Assembly (NCBI GenBank): GCA_963678065.2
Contig: CAXXVZ010000003.1
Span: forward strand, 1,184,001 to 1,248,000
Length of the DNA: 64,000 bases
Origin: Treponemataceae bacterium
GTDB taxonomy: Bacteria; Spirochaetota; Spirochaetia; Treponematales; Rectinemataceae
Direction of reading: 5' to 3'
Shown: piece by piece, positions 38,264-54,219 of the stretch
How positions within the stretch are numbered: position 1 is the stretch's first letter
How the letters are laid out: each line of letters opens with the position of its first letter
The notes under the pieces: model-generated
What the model saw: the letters and a program-made list of their open reading frames with translations, nothing else
Told to the model about the DNA's origin: nothing
The model's database searches: none
Program-made: the position numbers and the translations under genes

Positions 38264-39262
38264 TCAGGCTTTGCCGGCCGATCCGAGGACTTCGATATTC
38301 TTGTGCGCGTAGAGCTTCTTGAGCTCGTCTCGGGCCGGCCCCAAGTACTTGCGGGGATCGAACTCGTCGGGCTTCTCGGTGAGGACCTTGCGGATGAGGG
38401 CGGTCATGGCGAGCCTGCCGTCGGAGTCGATGTTGATCTTGCAGACGGCGCTCTTGGCGGCGCGGCGGAGCTGCTCCTCGGGGATGCCGACGGAGTCGGT
38501 GAGCTTCCCGCCGTATTTCTCGATCATCTTCACGTACTCGATGGGCACGCTGGAGGAGCCGTGGAGGACGATGGGGAAGCCGGGGATGCGCTTCTCGATC
38601 TCTTCGAGGATGTCGAAGCGGAGCGGGGGCGGGATGAGGATGCCGTCGGCGGTCCTGGTACACTGCTCGGGCTTGAACTTGGTGCGGCCGTGGCTGGTTC
38701 CGATGGAGATGGCGAGACTGTCGACGCCGGTCTTCTTCACGAAGTCCTGGACTTCCGCGGGCTGAGTGTAGTTCGAGTGCTCGGCGGAGACTTCATCCTC
38801 GACGCCGGCGAGAACGCCGAGTTCGCCTTCCACCGAGACATAGTCGGGGCGGGAGTGGGCGTACTCGCAGACTTTCTTGGTCAGGGCGACGTTCTCGTCG
38901 TAGGGGAGATGGGAACCGTCGATCATGACGCTGGAGAAGCCAGACTCGATGCAGTCCTTGCAGAGCTCGAAGCTGTCGCCGTGGTCGAGGTGGAGAACGA
39001 TCGGGACGGCTACCCCGAGTTCCTTGGCATATTCGACGGCACCCTTGGCCATGTTGCGCAGGAGTGTGGAGTTGGCGTACTTGCGGGCTCCGGCGGAAAC
39101 CTGGAGGATGACCGGGCTCTTCGTCTCGACGCAGGCCTGGATGATCGCCTGCATCTGCTCCATGTTGTTGAAATTGTAGGCGGGAATGGCGTATCCGCCG
39201 GCGACTGCTTTTTTGAACAGGTCGACGGTGTTCACCAGGCCCAGTTCCTTATAGCTTGTCAT
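38264..39262 (-). CDS. fba: Class II fructose-1,6-bisphosphate aldolase
   Basis: HLDHG, GFSSVMIDGS, VEGELG, SIGTSHG, VLHGSS, KINIDSD, DPRKYL. Promoter-like TTGACG-18-TAGAAT at 39330-39301. Confidence 0.97.
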   Translation of the reverse strand: MTSYKELGLVNTVDLFKKAVAGGYAIPAYNFNNMEQMQAIIQACVETKSPVILQVSAGARKYANSTLLRNMAKGAVEYAKELGVAVPIVLHLDHGDSFELCKDCIESGFSSVMIDGSHLPYDENVALTKKVCEYAHSRPDYVSVEGELGVLAGVEDEVSAEHSNYTQPAEVQDFVKKTGVDSLAISIGTSHGRTKFKPEQCTRTADGILIPPPLRFDILEEIEKRIPGFPIVLHGSSSVPIEYVKMIEKYGGKLTDSVGIPEEQLRRAAKSAVCKINIDSDGRLAMTALIRKVLTEKPDEFDPRKYLGPARDELKKLYAHKNIEVLGSAGKA

Positions 39263-39488
39263 GTGGACTCCTTTCGATAGAAACGTATTGAGTCGCTGTC
39301 ATTCTAAAAACCCGCGTATGGACGCGTCAAGGCCCGTACGTTACCATAGGCCCGTGACATGCAGACATTCCTTGTCAAAGGGCAGAAAAACACGCGGTTT
39401 TCCGACAAAAGCATCTGGACGCTTTGACCGACAGAGAGGTCGGAGCAGTCCGGCCAGGCTCCGGCGAAGGCGGGCGGGCGGAGGATCG

Positions 39489-40571
39489 ATGAGCCCGCTT
39501 CTCCTTATTTCGGCTATGATGGTCGCCTTCCTGGCCGCCATCGGTTGCAGCTCCGGGAAGTCCTCGACCCTGGTCGTTCTGGACGAGGCATTCAGGGCGA
39601 TCCGTCCCGACCTTTCAGCGTCGCTTTCCCGCCTCGATACGGCGGGGAAACTGCCCGGCAGGAAAATCGCAGGCGGGGAGTACTCGTACGGCGACGGCAC
39701 CGAGGCGCTCGCGAAGGATATCGCTGCGGCGAAAAAGCGCGCGCACGGCGTCGGACTCCTCGTCGCTTCGCCGCTCGTGGCAGCCCGGGCGGGAATCCTG
39801 CCGGCCGGAGTGCCCCTCGTCGTGGTGGACGGCCCCGCCCCTTCAGGACCAGGCATCTTCTCCATAAAAACCGACCGGGCAAGAGCCTATCGCGCCGCGG
39901 GCAGGGCCGCGGGCATCTACCTCGCCTCCCTGCCTTCCCATGAGACTCCGGCTGCCCCCCACCCTGCGATGCCATCCGCGTCTTCGCCTGCGGAAATCCC
40001 TGCCCTCCGGCCCGGCTGTGGGATAGTCTTCGCGCCCTCTTTCTCGAGACAGACGGGCCTCATCGCGGAATTCGAGGCGGGCTACAGGGAAGGCTGGGCA
40101 GAGGCCTCGGGGCCGGCGCCAGCGGGCGGACCGCCGCCGGTCTTCATGGAGATGGTGTCCACGGCGGGGGCCGCCGACCCCAACAAGGCTTCCATCGATT
40201 TTGTCGATTCCGCCGGAGAGACCGACGCCGCAGTGAAGAAACTCCTCGAACATGACCTCAAGGTCATCTTCTTTGCCTGCGGACGGATACAGGAGGCATT
40301 CCGGACCGCGTCGGAACACCCGGACATCATCGTCGGCCTGGACGAAATCGGCTCCGATCCCCTTCCCGGGATGGCCTTCCGGATCGTTCCCGACGAGAAG
40401 GCCATTGCGAAGGCGGTAGCCGCGCTGAGGGGAGCGATCCTGTCCGGCAGGGAAAACGGAGATTCCACGGTCGGCATCCCCGCCCTCCTCGTTCCGGGCG
40501 CGAAAAAGGATCTCGAACGCGGGGGAGTGTCTTTCGGGGCGGCCTTGAAGAAAGCGAAGAAGGCTCCATGA
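39489..40571 (+). CDS. Putative lipoprotein (periplasmic binding protein/BMP-like, divergent)
   Basis: ATG at 39489 behind GGAGGA; hydrophobic signal ending LAAIG|C (lipobox); FEAGY and IFFACG resemble BMP-family segments. Confidence 0.6.
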   Translation: MSPLLLISAMMVAFLAAIGCSSGKSSTLVVLDEAFRAIRPDLSASLSRLDTAGKLPGRKIAGGEYSYGDGTEALAKDIAAAKKRAHGVGLLVASPLVAARAGILPAGVPLVVVDGPAPSGPGIFSIKTDRARAYRAAGRAAGIYLASLPSHETPAAPHPAMPSASSPAEIPALRPGCGIVFAPSFSRQTGLIAEFEAGYREGWAEASGPAPAGGPPPVFMEMVSTAGAADPNKASIDFVDSAGETDAAVKKLLEHDLKVIFFACGRIQEAFRTASEHPDIIVGLDEIGSDPLPGMAFRIVPDEKAIAKAVAALRGAILSGRENGDSTVGIPALLVPGAKKDLERGGVSFGAALKKAKKAP

Positions 40572-40587
40572 TTTCCCTGCGCCCCTG

Positions 40588-41399
40588 TCAGCCGCCGAAC
40601 AGGGCGCGTGCATTCCGGGCGACGAGAGCCGATAGAGCTTCCGGGCTCGTGCCGCGGAGTTCCGCTATATAACGGTAGGTCCGCTCTATGTCGAGGCTGG
40701 TCGAGGGTTTTCCACGCGCAGGCAGGGGATTCATGTAGGGAGCGTCGGTTTCCAGAAGAAGGCGCTCCTCCGGCACGGACAGACATGCCTTGCGCAGGAC
40801 GCTCGCCGACTTGTAGGTGACATTCCCCGCAAAAGAGAGCATGCAGCCGAGAGAGAGGAAGCGCTCCGCCTCGGCCGGCCCGTAGCCGAAGCAGTGGATT
40901 ATGACAGGTACGGACAGCTGTGCCGCCGCAATGATGTCGATAGTATCCGCGGCCGCGTCCCTCGAGTGCACGATCACAGGCTTTCTGTGCGATTCGGCCA
41001 GGGCCAACTGCCCCTCGAAGAGGCGCCTCTGAGCTTCCCGCGAGGCATTCATGTGGTGGTAGTCGGGCCCGCATTCGCCGATCGCCCGGCAGCGGATATC
41101 CGCCGCGTGGGGAGCGAGCAGCGCGAGGGCGCGCTCCGGATCATCCAGGGCTCTCTTCGAAGGCCAGATACCCGCCGCCAGCCTCACGAAGGACAGATGG
41201 CCGAAACGCTCCGCGCGGCCGGCAAAATCCTCCGCTTCGACCCCGGGATCGACGAGAATCGCGCGGGAGCCTGCCTCGCTGGCCGCCGTGTAGGCGCGGA
41301 GCATCGCATCGAGAGCCGCCTCGCCGGGACGGTCGGCGATGTACGAGAGATGGGCGTGCGTGTCCGTGAATATGGCCGCCCCACCCGGGCCGCCGCCCG

Positions 41400-41403
<4 letters not shown>
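40588..41403 (-). CDS. tatD: TatD-family DNase
   Basis: [35 protein letters not shown]. Confidence 0.93.
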
Positions 41404-43982
<2,579 letters not shown>

Positions 43983-44017
43983 GTTTTGTCCTTTATTCCG
44001 AAAATAGCCACGCGGCC

Positions 44018-44118
44018 GGCGCCGGGGCAAGTTCGGGCGCCGAGGCGCCGGGGCTAGTTTGCGCGCCGAGGGCCGGGGCTGGTTTATGCGCCGAGGCGCA
44101 GGGGCAAGAGGTTCGGGG
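44018..44118. repeat. Four degenerate tandem copies of a ~26-bp GC-rich unit
   Basis: GGCGCCGGGGCAAGTTCGGGCGCCGA / GGCGCCGGGGCTAGTTTGCGCGCCGA / GGGCCGGGGCTGGTTTATGCGCCGA / GGCGCAGGGGCAAGAGGTTCGGGG. Confidence 0.8.
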
Positions 44119-44181
44119 ACTCGCCCAGCGGAAGGCAGTCGCGGCTTGCACGGCTTCGGGCATTGGGCTAGAGTCGGAGCC

Positions 44182-44391
44182 ATGGAAAACAAGGTTGTCG
44201 TACTGCACGGGTTCACGCAGGAAGAGGCCGTCGCGGCCATGAGGGCCCTGAAAGCGGGATTGCCCTCGGCGAAAGACGCGGCTTTCGCCATGACCACAGA
44301 GACCAACCTCGGATGGAAGGTTGCCGATCTCGTCGAACACGTCTCTGAAGAACACGAAGCCGTAAAAAAGGCGATGGCCGCACGACCCTGA
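44182..44391 (+). CDS. Small DUF3783-like protein
   Basis: 69 aa [11 protein letters not shown]...[20 protein letters not shown], matching the DUF3783 pattern (TxTNxxW...EEH). Confidence 0.75.
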   Translation: MENKVVVLHGFTQEEAVAAMRALKAGLPSAKDAAFAMTTETNLGWKVADLVEHVSEEHEAVKKAMAARP

Positions 44392-44516
44392 ACCCCGCCG
44401 GGAGGGTGGCGGCCGTCGGCCGGTCCTGGCCATAGTCAGGCTGGGATAGTGCGGCAGGCAGGAAGACGTCTGTGGCCGGACGCTTTCGCCGATCGGACAC
44501 AGGCGGGCAGGGCTGC

Positions 44517-44993
44517 TCAGTCCGCCTCGAACTCGGGGATTTTCCGTTTCATCGCGGCGACGAAATCCTCGCCGGTGTTGCCCTGTCTGAGCGCGATGAA
44601 AACCACATTGTCGCGTCCTGAAATCGTGCCGAGAACCTCTTCGAGCCCCATGTTGTCTATGGCGAGAGCGACGGAGTCCGAGTGGCCGGAGAAGGTCCTG
44701 ATGACCACCGTGGTCTGGTTCCAGTCCACGGAGACGTAGCCCCGGAGGAAGTCCTGGATGTGGTGCCGCTCTGACTCCCGCCTCTCTTCGTCGGAGGGTA
44801 CGGTGTAGTAGTAACCCGTGTGACCATCCGATATCTTGCCGACCTTGAGGAATTTGAGGTCGCGGGAGAGGGTTGCCTGAGTGACGCTGTATCCCTGTTC
44901 CTGCAACAGCTGCAGGAGGGCGTCCTGGGAATCGATGCGATGGGCCTTGATGATGGCGCGCACGGTTTTGAGTCTTTCGATCCGTTCTTTCAT
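44517..44993 (-). CDS. argR: Arginine repressor ArgR
   Basis: IDSQ..L, VTQATLSRDL, VVIRT..G, LGTISGRD. Confidence 0.93.
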   Translation of the reverse strand: MKERIERLKTVRAIIKAHRIDSQDALLQLLQEQGYSVTQATLSRDLKFLKVGKISDGHTGYYYTVPSDEERRESERHHIQDFLRGYVSVDWNQTTVVIRTFSGHSDSVALAIDNMGLEEVLGTISGRDNVVFIALRQGNTGEDFVAAMKRKIPEFEAD

Positions 44994-45187
44994 GTTTGAA
45001 TCCATCCCGCATCCACGCCCGAATGCGCCGGATGCCTGTGCATTATTACATAATATTCCGTCCCGGACAAGGCCGAAAAATATTTATACAGTTTGGTTCG
45101 GAATGCAAAATGACTCCGCGTTTCATCGAAACGGCGCGCAGCCCCATCCCATTGTACATCCATCCTGTCAGGTACTACCCTGCCCGC

Positions 45188-46267
45188 ATGGACAGATCGG
45201 AGTGGACGAAGGAACTGCGCGACCGGATAAGGACGGTCGGAGAACTGAAGGACTACGCGGAAGGCCGTTTCGGACTGCCCGCCGGGACAGCCGAGGCGAT
45301 CGAGCACAGTGCGCGCGACGGCGGACTTCCCTTTGCCGCGACGCGCAGCTTCCTTTCACTCGCGGGTTCCGCTCCGAACGATCCGATTCTCGCCCAGGTC
45401 CTTCCCTCTCCCCGCGAGGCCGAAATCCTGGAGGCTGAGTCCGCCGACCCCCTCGGGGAGGAGTTGCATTCTCCGGTGAGACGGCTCGTGCATCAGTACA
45501 GATCGAGGGTGCTTCTGCGTGTCACCGGGGACTGCCCCGTCTTCTGCCGGCACTGTTTCCGGCGCTCCCTGCTGCCGGGGCAAGGCGGCTTCATCACGGA
45601 GGAGGAAACCGGCGAGCTTACCGACTACATCGCGAAGAGGCCGGAAATCCGGGAGGTCCTCGTTTCCGGCGGCGATCCCCTCACCGCCTCCGACAGGAAA
45701 CTCGAATTCCTTTTCCGCTCGCTCAGACAGGCGCGACCGGAGATACTCATCCGGCTCTGCACACGGGGCCCGGTCACCCTCCCCTCGCGGGTCGGGGAGA
45801 AACTCGTCGATATGCTGCGGGACTTCCGTCCGCTCTGCGTGGTCACCCAGGCGAACCACCCGGCCGAACTCGGGGCAGAGTGCAAAAAGGCCCTGGCCAG
45901 GCTGATCGACTCCGGGATTCCCGTGCACAGCCAGACCGTCCTTCTTCGCGGCGTGAACGACGATCCCGACATCCTCGAAACCCTGTTCTCGAGGCTCGCG
46001 CGCATGGGCGTCGACCCTTACTACCTCTTCCAGGGCGATCTTGCCCCGGGAACGGCCGGCTTCAGGGTACCCCTCTCGCGGGGACTCGCCCTGTACGCGG
46101 AACTCAGGCAGAGGCTCTCCGGCATCGAACTGCCGCGCTACGCCGTGGACGCTCCCGGAGGAGGAGGCAAGGTTATCCTTCCCGAGGGCATCCTGGGGAG
46201 AAAAGATGGATACTGGATACTGGCGGCTCCCGACGGAACGCAGAGACTGTATCCTGAAGAAGTGTGA
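45188..46267 (+). CDS. KamA/EpmB-family radical SAM 2,3-aminomutase
   Basis: DPLGE, HQY..RVL, CPVFCRHCFRR, EVLVSGGDPL, NHP.E, QTVLLRGVND, PYYL, DAPGGGGK (PLP lysine). Confidence 0.93.
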   Translation: MDRSEWTKELRDRIRTVGELKDYAEGRFGLPAGTAEAIEHSARDGGLPFAATRSFLSLAGSAPNDPILAQVLPSPREAEILEAESADPLGEELHSPVRRLVHQYRSRVLLRVTGDCPVFCRHCFRRSLLPGQGGFITEEETGELTDYIAKRPEIREVLVSGGDPLTASDRKLEFLFRSLRQARPEILIRLCTRGPVTLPSRVGEKLVDMLRDFRPLCVVTQANHPAELGAECKKALARLIDSGIPVHSQTVLLRGVNDDPDILETLFSRLARMGVDPYYLFQGDLAPGTAGFRVPLSRGLALYAELRQRLSGIELPRYAVDAPGGGGKVILPEGILGRKDGYWILAAPDGTQRLYPEEV

Positions 46268-46322
46268 GATCGCGCCCGGCCCGCTTGAAAAGAGAGACCG
46301 GGACACCTACACTGCCAGTCCA

Positions 46323-47096
46323 ATGAGACAGCACCTGAAAAGCCCCGCCCGCAGAGCGCTGCCGGCCATTCTCCTCGCGTTTTTCTCGCTCATGCCCTTG
46401 GGCGCCTTCGCCTCCGGCTCGGTCATCATACTCGACTATCACTCTTTCACGGGGAAGGGAACATCGTCGATAGACTACACCGAGGCGGAGCTGGCAGCCC
46501 AGCTCGACCGCTTCACCGCCCTCGGATACCACTTCGTATCGATCACGGAGGCCATCGAAGGCAGGATCGAAGGTTCGAGAAATCTGGTCATCTCGATCGA
46601 CGACGGGAACCACACCGTGTATCCGACCTACACGCATGTCCTGAAGCCGCGAGGGATCAGGCCCCTGCTCTTCATCTACCCGGCGATCATCGGCAAGGTT
46701 CCCTACGCGCTCACCGAAGCCCAGCTGAAGGAGCTGGCAGCGGAAGGCTGCGTCATCGGCGCGCACGGCTACAATCACGAATACCTGACGGAGAAGGCCT
46801 TCGTGGCCGATCCCAAAAAAACAAGGCGCGAAATAGAGAAGCCGGGCCCGGTATTGGAGGCCATGCTCGGGAAGCCGGTCAGACTTTTCGGTTTCCCCTT
46901 CGGAGTAGGCTCCATGCAAGCGGAGACAGTCCTGAAATCATCGGGCTACGGGTGGGCCTTCCTCGCGGGGGGAGGAGTCCATCCCGTCTCGTTCGTCGAT
47001 CCTTCGCTCGACCATCTCGCCGTGCCCCGCACCATCGTTTTCCACTCGAACATCGACGCGATCTACGCGAAACTCACCGCCCTCCGCGCAGAATGA
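46323..47096 (+). CDS. Exported polysaccharide deacetylase (NodB/CE4 family)
   Basis: Signal peptide, ILDYH, ISIDDG, GAHGYNH, FGFPFG, VPR. Confidence 0.88.
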   Translation: MRQHLKSPARRALPAILLAFFSLMPLGAFASGSVIILDYHSFTGKGTSSIDYTEAELAAQLDRFTALGYHFVSITEAIEGRIEGSRNLVISIDDGNHTVYPTYTHVLKPRGIRPLLFIYPAIIGKVPYALTEAQLKELAAEGCVIGAHGYNHEYLTEKAFVADPKKTRREIEKPGPVLEAMLGKPVRLFGFPFGVGSMQAETVLKSSGYGWAFLAGGGVHPVSFVDPSLDHLAVPRTIVFHSNIDAIYAKLTALRAE

Positions 47097-47189
47097 GCCA
47101 CGGCGTGGCGTGAACTCCTGCGCCGGAGAGCCGAAGCAGTTTTCTGATGCCTCGTCAAAGAATTGCGACAGGTCCGGTTCTCCGCGGGC

Positions 47190-48736
47190 TCACTCCCACT
47201 CGATCGTGGCGGGCGGCTTGGACGAGATGTCGTAGACGACGCGGCCGATCTGCGGCACGCGGTTGGTGATCGCCGCCGAGATCTCGAGGAGATCCTTCGC
47301 CTCGAAGGGGTAGACGTCGGCCGTCATGCCGTCCTCCGAGACGACGGCGCGCAGGGCGAGAACCGAGCCGTACTTGCGCTCGTCTCCTGCGACACCCACC
47401 GAGCGGATGGGCAAGAGGACGGAGAAGGCCTGCCATATCCTGTCGTACAACCCCCGCGCCCTCAGCTCCGCGATGTAGATCGCGTCGGCTTCGCGGAGGA
47501 TATCGCAGCTCTCCTTCGTGACCTCGCCGAGGATGCGCACGCCGAGTCCAGGACCGGGAAAGGGGTGGCGCCCCACGATCTCCTCGGGCAGGCCGAGAAG
47601 GCGTCCGAGGGCGCGGACCTCGTCCTTGTAGAGACGGTCCAGGGGCTCGATGACCCTGTTGGCCTTGCGCTTGGCCTCCACGAGAGGACTGCGCACGTTG
47701 TGGTGGCTCTTGATGACCTGGGCCGCCTTTCCGACGCCCTTCCCCGACTCGATGAGGTCGGTGTAGAGTGTGCCCTGGACGAGGAAGGCGTCCCTGGGGA
47801 TGCCGAGTCGGCCGAGTTCGCGCTCCTGGATGGTGATGAAGAGGTCGCCGATGATGCGGCGCTTGGCCTCGGGTTCCTCGTGGCCTCGCAGGGCGGAGAG
47901 AAAATCATCCTCGGCCTCGATCATGTGCAGGTGTCTCGCGCCGAGCTTCGTGAGGTTGCGCATGACCTCGGCGCTCTCCGCCTTCCGCATGAGGCCTGTG
48001 TCGATGTACATGAGGTGGACCTTGGCAGGGTCGAGGATGGTGAGGAGAAGCGCCCCCGCCACCGTGGAGTCCACGCCGCCGGAGATGAGGAGAAGGACCT
48101 CCCCTTCGCCGACACGTCTGCGGATGATCTCGCGCTCGGAGTCGATGTAGGCCTGCATGGACCAGCCTCCGCGCGCGCCGCAGATGCCCTTCACGAAATT
48201 CCCGAGCACGAGACTTCCCTTCTCGCAGTGGCTCACCTCGGGGTGGAACTGCACGCCCCAGATCCTGTTTTTTCGGTCGACGAGGGCGGCGGGTATGCCC
48301 CCCTCGCTCTCGGCGAGAATCTCGAAGCCTGGCGCGGGAATGTCGATCGAGTCGCCGTGGCTCATCCAGCTCGAAAACTCGGCGGGCATGCCGGCGAGGA
48401 GCGGGTCCTGAGCGGCCGCGTCGAGGAGTCTGACGGCTTTGCGTCCGTACTCGCGCTCGGGCAGACGGCGCACCGTGCCGCCTCGCTCCTGGGTCATGCG
48501 CTGGACGCCGTAGCAGATGCCGAGCAGGGGCACTCCCGCCGCGAAAACCGAGGGATGGATGGCCGGCGCATCCGGCTCGTAGGCGCTGCGGGGGGAGCCC
48601 GAGAGGATGATGCCGACGCAGTCCGCGAGTTCCGCAGGAGCGAGGGCCGAATCGCCGTGCGCGATGGCGGCGTAGACACCCAGCTCGCGCACGCGCCGGC
48701 CGATGAGCTGGGTGTACTGGCTTCCGAAATCGAGGA

Positions 48737-48752
<16 letters not shown>
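47190..48752 (-). CDS. guaA: GMP synthase (glutamine-hydrolysing)
   Basis: LDFGSQY, GICYG, QFHPEV, SGGVDS, IKSHHNV, KPPATIEWE. Confidence 0.98.
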
Positions 48753-49966
<1,214 letters not shown>

Positions 49967-50017
49967 GACAAATAGCTCCTTGGCGGAAGCTCTCCGCCTG
50001 CGTATCCCGATCCCGAC

Positions 50018-50575
50018 CTATATCAGGTCAGCGTATTCAGCCTCCGCGGCGCGCACGAGGTCGCCGGGTGCGATGATCATCTGAAGGCCGCGCATTCCCG
50101 CGCTGACCGCGATCCTGTCGAAAAGCTGGGCGGTTTCGTCGATGTAGACGGGAAATTTCTTCTTGGTGCCGACGGGAGAGCATCCCCCCCGGACATAGCC
50201 GGTGGCTGGCTGAAGCTCTTTGAGCGGAAGCATTTCGACATTCTTGTTTCCGGAAACCCGGGCCGCCTTCCTGAGGTCGATCTCGGTGTTTCCCGGAATG
50301 CAGCAGAGGAAGATGCCCGAGGCCGCTCCCCGGAGGGCCAGGGTCTTGAACACCCGCTCCGGTTCCATGCCGATCTTCTCCGCGACGGAAACTGCGTCGA
50401 GCTTCTCCTCGTCGACCTCGTAGGCGATGGTTCCGACCCGTATGCCGTGAGAGGCGACGATGCGCAGGGCGTTGGTCTTCGGACCCGCGCCCGGATCTTC
50501 GCGGCGGCCGGGAGCGGGCCCGGGTGCTGCGACGTTCACTCCCGGGACCTCGTGCCCCGCGGCCTCTGGCTGCAA
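50018..50575 (-). CDS. ybaK: Cys-tRNA(Pro) deacylase YbaK
   Basis: KTNALR, VFKTL, TGYVRGGCSP.G.KK, SAG.RG.Q. True start may be downstream of the tracked one. Confidence 0.92.
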   Translation of the reverse strand: MQPEAAGHEVPGVNVAAPGPAPGRREDPGAGPKTNALRIVASHGIRVGTIAYEVDEEKLDAVSVAEKIGMEPERVFKTLALRGAASGIFLCCIPGNTEIDLRKAARVSGNKNVEMLPLKELQPATGYVRGGCSPVGTKKKFPVYIDETAQLFDRIAVSAGMRGLQMIIAPGDLVRAAEAEYADLI

Positions 50576-50579
50576 GGGG

Positions 50580-52202
<1,623 letters not shown>

Positions 52203-52211
52203 GGGCTTTTC

Positions 52212-52922
52212 TCACTCTCCGTCGAAAAGGATTCTGCAGGGATTCCCCCGCTCGGGCGGCGTGATGTTCAATTCACGGCTGCCAGAAAGGAGGATCAGGG
52301 TGTGGGTATCGGAGTCTTCGCACCAGACTTCGGTATCGGCGTATTGGCGCGGCAGGGCGACTTCGTTGGAGCGCGCGAGAGTTTTCGTCTTGCCGCCCGA
52401 CTGCACGCAGAGGTCGATCCGATATCTGGACCCCGGATGGGGCATGTTGATGTACCACTGGTAATCGTTGTGCGAAACAGGTATGTCGAAAAAATCCTTG
52501 CGCGGATCGTGGCCGGGCGCGACTTCGCAGACGCGGAGGCACAACCCCGGCTGACCTTCCTCCGCGTCGCTCGACCGCATCCTCTCGGCGATGTCCCAAT
52601 ACGCGAAGACCCAGCCCGGATCGCGAGCCAGGGCGTGGATCATCGTGTCGCCGTAACGCCCCCCGGATTCGGAGAGGTTGGACTGGGACTGCGCGGCGCT
52701 CGGCGCAAGTGTCTGGAAACCCGTACCGGCGAATTTCTTCTCTTCGACGTGTCCGGGGGCGTCGTGGGAAAAACGGCGTTCCTCCGACTCCTCGTCGAAG
52801 GCCTCCATGATCTCTTCCAGCACGAAGACGCGGTCCAATCCCGGCGGAAGGTTGAGACCCATCTTGTCCGCAAGAAACAGAAGTTCCTCATCGGTCAACT
52901 GACCCAGCTTGTCGGGATTCAC
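52212..52922 (-). CDS. DUF4912-domain protein
   Basis: LARDP.W.FAYWDI, LRV, WYI, LARSN.V.LP; upstream of GH57. GTG start at 52922 inferred from promoter geometry. Confidence 0.85.
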   Translation of the reverse strand: MNPDKLGQLTDEELLFLADKMGLNLPPGLDRVFVLEEIMEAFDEESEERRFSHDAPGHVEEKKFAGTGFQTLAPSAAQSQSNLSESGGRYGDTMIHALARDPGWVFAYWDIAERMRSSDAEEGQPGLCLRVCEVAPGHDPRKDFFDIPVSHNDYQWYINMPHPGSRYRIDLCVQSGGKTKTLARSNEVALPRQYADTEVWCEDSDTHTLILLSGSRELNITPPERGNPCRILFDGE

Positions 52923-52978
52923 AGTGGCATTGTGAAAAACAAGCCGAATGCTTGTCAAGTCCGAGGCCATGGCCGTTT

Positions 52979-54109
52979 TCAGACGCTCCGGGCGCGCGGG
53001 GAACGCCGGCGCGGCTGTCCTGACCGGGGTACTGCTCCCGAAGGGGCTTCGCGGCGGGGTTTCTGCATGGGTGACAGTCCCCTCCGCTTGAATACCATCA
53101 TGATCGCGGCTTCCAGCTCGACCCGGGGAGGATTGAGGGGAGAGAGGAAGAGCCGCGATCCGGAAAGAGCGTCCCTGAAGGCTTCGGAGGTCTCTGCGAG
53201 AAGTTCGGGCTCCGATTCGAGGAGCGGTTTGATGAAATGCGCGAGCAGTGCGGAGAGAAAATTCTTGTCGGCGGCCGTCCGAACGAGCGTGTCGAGTTCA
53301 TCCAGCGAGGCGTACATCGCCGTCCGGAATCCTGAATCTGAGCGCATCCGGCGGTCGACCTCGGGAAGCATGTGGCGGAGCAGGTCAAAATCCGAAAGCC
53401 CCTTGATGATCCGCGAGGAATTCCCCGACGCGAGGATCTTGGAGAATTCCTCGGTGAGCCGCGAGGTGCTCGACTCCGCGAGAAGCGCGGAGTCCCGTTT
53501 GAGCGCGCGCCGGAGAGTGAACGGGAGGCGGAAATCCGAGGTCGAGGCATATTTCACGCAGCGGATCATGCGGACAGGGTCCTCGACGAAAATCGTCTTG
53601 AGCGGAATGACAGGTTTCACTTTCCGCGCCACGATGTCCTTGTATCCTCCCACATAGTCGACGAGAGTGTCGTCGTGGGTGTTGTAGTACAGGGCGTTGA
53701 AGGTGAAGTCCCGACGCATGGCGTCCTCGTCCATGGTGCCGAACTCGTTTCCCACGGTGCCGTTGGCGGTGGATCTGAAGGTTGCGACTTCGTAGATGCG
53801 GGGTCCGACATAGACGTGGACGAGCCTGAAGCGCTTGCCGATAACCCGCGCGTTGCGGAAGATGCGGCGGATCCTCGTCGGCTGGGCATCCGTGACAAGG
53901 TCGAAGTCCTTGGGCGCGCGTCCGAGGAGGAGGTCGCGGACGGCGCCCCCGACGATGTAGGCTTCGTGTCCGTTGTTCCTGAGATGTTCGATTATCCTGA
54001 TCGCGTCGGGATCGATCTTCGCGCGGTCTATGCCGTGCTCGGTCCGGGTGTAAACGAGTGCCTTGGCCACAGGCCTGCCGTCTTCCGATCGTCGATAGCG
54101 GATGAACAC
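52979..54109 (-). CDS. pcnB: Poly(A) polymerase I
   Basis: VGGAVRDLLLG..PKDFD, IGKRFRLVHV (PAP I signature), EVATFR, DA.RRDFT.NAL, EDPVRMIR. Confidence 0.93.
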   Translation of the reverse strand: MFIRYRRSEDGRPVAKALVYTRTEHGIDRAKIDPDAIRIIEHLRNNGHEAYIVGGAVRDLLLGRAPKDFDLVTDAQPTRIRRIFRNARVIGKRFRLVHVYVGPRIYEVATFRSTANGTVGNEFGTMDEDAMRRDFTFNALYYNTHDDTLVDYVGGYKDIVARKVKPVIPLKTIFVEDPVRMIRCVKYASTSDFRLPFTLRRALKRDSALLAESSTSRLTEEFSKILASGNSSRIIKGLSDFDLLRHMLPEVDRRMRSDSGFRTAMYASLDELDTLVRTAADKNFLSALLAHFIKPLLESEPELLAETSEAFRDALSGSRLFLSPLNPPRVELEAAIMMVFKRRGLSPMQKPRREAPSGAVPRSGQPRRRSPRARSV

Positions 54110-54219
54110 GAGTACGCCCCTAGTGATTTGATAACAGAGGCTTCTCAGGAATGCCCGGCATCCCGGAGAGGCGACCTTGGATGTGTTGTCGCATTATACC
54201 GCGCTTGCTCGGTGGAGGG

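Noticed and set aside
44018..44118. Tandem repeats as a CRISPR array
   Set aside because: Units are contiguous and degenerate, with no unique spacers and no cas genes.
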